This document shows positions 62,138 to 64,000 of a DNA stretch of 64,000 bases, piece after piece (position 1 is the first letter of the stretch; each line of letters opens with the position of its first letter). The position numbers and the translations under genes were made by a program. The notes below the pieces were generated by a model that saw nothing but the letters and a program-made list of their open reading frames with translations, had not been told where the DNA came from and did no database searches. The DNA comes from the human T2T-CHM13v2.0 reference genome, Homo sapiens. Where the stretch lies: the NCBI RefSeq assembly GCF_009914755.1, contig NC_060939.1. One strand, 5' to 3'.

Positions 62138-63846
62138 GTATAATGGGGAAAAAAACCACAAATGAAGCAAACTGTCTGTTTTCTTCTACTGTACTCGATA
62201 CTCATCACAACACAGAACACTCTGGTCACCAAAATGTGTGTGTGTTTTTTTCCCCCAAATATCCTGACCAGTTCTCCAGCAGACACCAACTGGATGTCCT
62301 GTAATTCAATTCAATTCTGACACTATCTACCTGGAGTTAAAAGTCAGATCCCACAGGTTAAGGGCTCAGTCCCACAAGACTGCCCCCCATTTCAGACGCC
62401 AGTCATAAGCCCAGACCTTTGGTAATTCTGACCAATTGGCTATAAACTGGGGGAGGGATCTTGTAACCCTCTCTTTGGGATTGATCATTTGCCGCAATGG
62501 CTCACAGAACTCTGGGAAACATGTATATTTTCTGGCTTATTACTTAATCAAGGATATGATAAGGGATAGGTAAGAGGCACACAGGACGAGGTTTGGAAGG
62601 ATCCTGAGCACAGCAAATTCCCTCCCTGTGGAGTTGGGATGCACCACCCACCCAGCACATGGATGCCTTCTTATTTACAAGCCCAGAGGCTCTCTGAACC
62701 CCATACTTCAGGATTTCTTTGTGATATGGACAGGAGGTGGGGAAATATTGGGTAGAAGAGGGTGGTTGCCTGGGAAAGGCCCCACCCTCAAGTCTGGAAA
62801 CTGCAGCCCGAGGTGAAAACAGTTATCCCTGTTTCCTGCCCAAATGTTGCCTTTTTTGGCCCTCCCTGCCCCCCATCCTGTGCCCATATAAACCCCAGAC
62901 CTCAGCTGGCAAAGAAGCAAGCAGCTGAACATTGAGAGGAGAAGAAGCAACTGAGCATCTGAGACTAGGGAGAGACACAACTTAACCTCAGATGGCATGA
63001 CTTCAGAGAGGAGCCTGGCCGGAGATGGCTGGGCTTCAGGGAAGGACCATTTTCTTCCCACACAATCCCCTTCACAGCCCACCTTCTGCTGAGAGCCACT
63101 TCCACCACTTAATAAAATCCTCCACATTCATCACCTTTCAAACTGTTTGTGTGACCTGGTTCTTCCTGCATGCTGAACAAGAGCCTGAGTACCAAGAGGG
63201 CAGGGTGTAAAAGGCTGTCGCACTCACTCTCCACTGAGCTGGTTCACACTTAGCCATCTGTGGATGGCAAGTGCTAAAACAGCATTAATTGTAACACACC
63301 CCTAGATGCTGCTTTGGGGCCGGAGCCCAAAAGTGCTTGCCCAGCCTCGGCACCCGCTCACCTGCCTGCTCCCACTCCCACAAGGGGTTTGAGCTGGGCG
63401 GCAGCCGAGTAAGTGAGCCACACCCCTGTCACAAGTCCCGTGAAGGGGTCAAGGGAACTCTCCCGTCTCATTTGGAGGCTTCATCATGTAGGCATGATTG
63501 ATTATTAATTCATTCTTCAGCTTCTCTCCCCTTTCTAGAGGACCGGGGGTGGGGCTGAAAGCTCCAAGCTTCTAAACACGGCTGGGTTCTTCTGGTGATC
63601 AGCCCCCATCCAGGACTCCACCGAGAGAGTCACCTCATTAGAACAAAAGATGCTCCTGTCTCCTAGTAAATTCCAAGGGGTTAGGAGCATTATGTCAGGA
63701 ACCTGGGTCAAAGACCAAACATTAGAACAAAAGATGCATCTAGTACCCCTATCAGTCAGCAAATTACAAAGGTTTAGGAGCTCCATTTTGGGAAATGGGG
63801 ATGAAAGCCAAAACACACATTTCTTACTATGCATCACAATGTCATA
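62138..63846 (-). mobile_element. MER21-family LTR split by an LTR1-type element
   Basis: 'aattcaattcaattctgacactatctacctggag...gggctcagtcccacaagactgcccc'; 'cacctcattagaacaaaagatgctcc'. Confidence 0.85.
62722..63470 (+). mobile_element. LTR1/LTR28-group ERV1 solo LTR
   Basis: tgatatggacagg...cccgtctca termini; TATA-like 'catataaa'; AATAAA; perfect 4-bp TSD tttg. Confidence 0.88.
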
Positions 63847-64000
63847 ATATATAAACATAAGTATGTATGTTTATGTCTCACCATTTTTGATGTGTAGCAT
63901 TTAAGGGTGTATTTATGAACACAGAGCTCTCCTGGTGCTTTAGCTAGATGCACTACTGGCAAGGCCATTCCTCATGGGAAGACAATGCAGGTTGTGCCCA

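Overview
Primate (most likely human, given AluY copies) non-coding genomic DNA, intergenic or deep-intronic. More than half of it is transposable-element remnants. I recognise no intact protein-coding gene, tRNA, rRNA or CRISPR feature, and I cannot name the locus. The ORF track is explained by Alu, L1, MaLR/ERV and low-complexity sequence. The main structure is a ~16 kb five-level nested insertion complex (31774-47990): L2 > MST LTR > L1MA-type L1 > [MER61A; antisense near-full-length L1PB1 > (3 Alus, HERV-K LTR3, L1PA); full THE1A provirus > AluY]. The most unusual items are an LTR3 with one clean end flanked by a ~136-bp target duplication, and a 5'-intact but 3'-truncated L1 ending at an internal A-tract next to its target duplication. 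Several non-repeat islands carry regulatory-looking motif clusters: divergent CTCF pair, PBX/MEIS cluster, NF-E2/GATA cluster, NRF2-ARE plus FOX, and a CpG-retaining branched hairpin. I do not see evidence for a new biological system. Repeat subfamily names come from remembered consensus sequences and need RepeatMasker/Dfam confirmation. Boundaries of old repeats are approximate.
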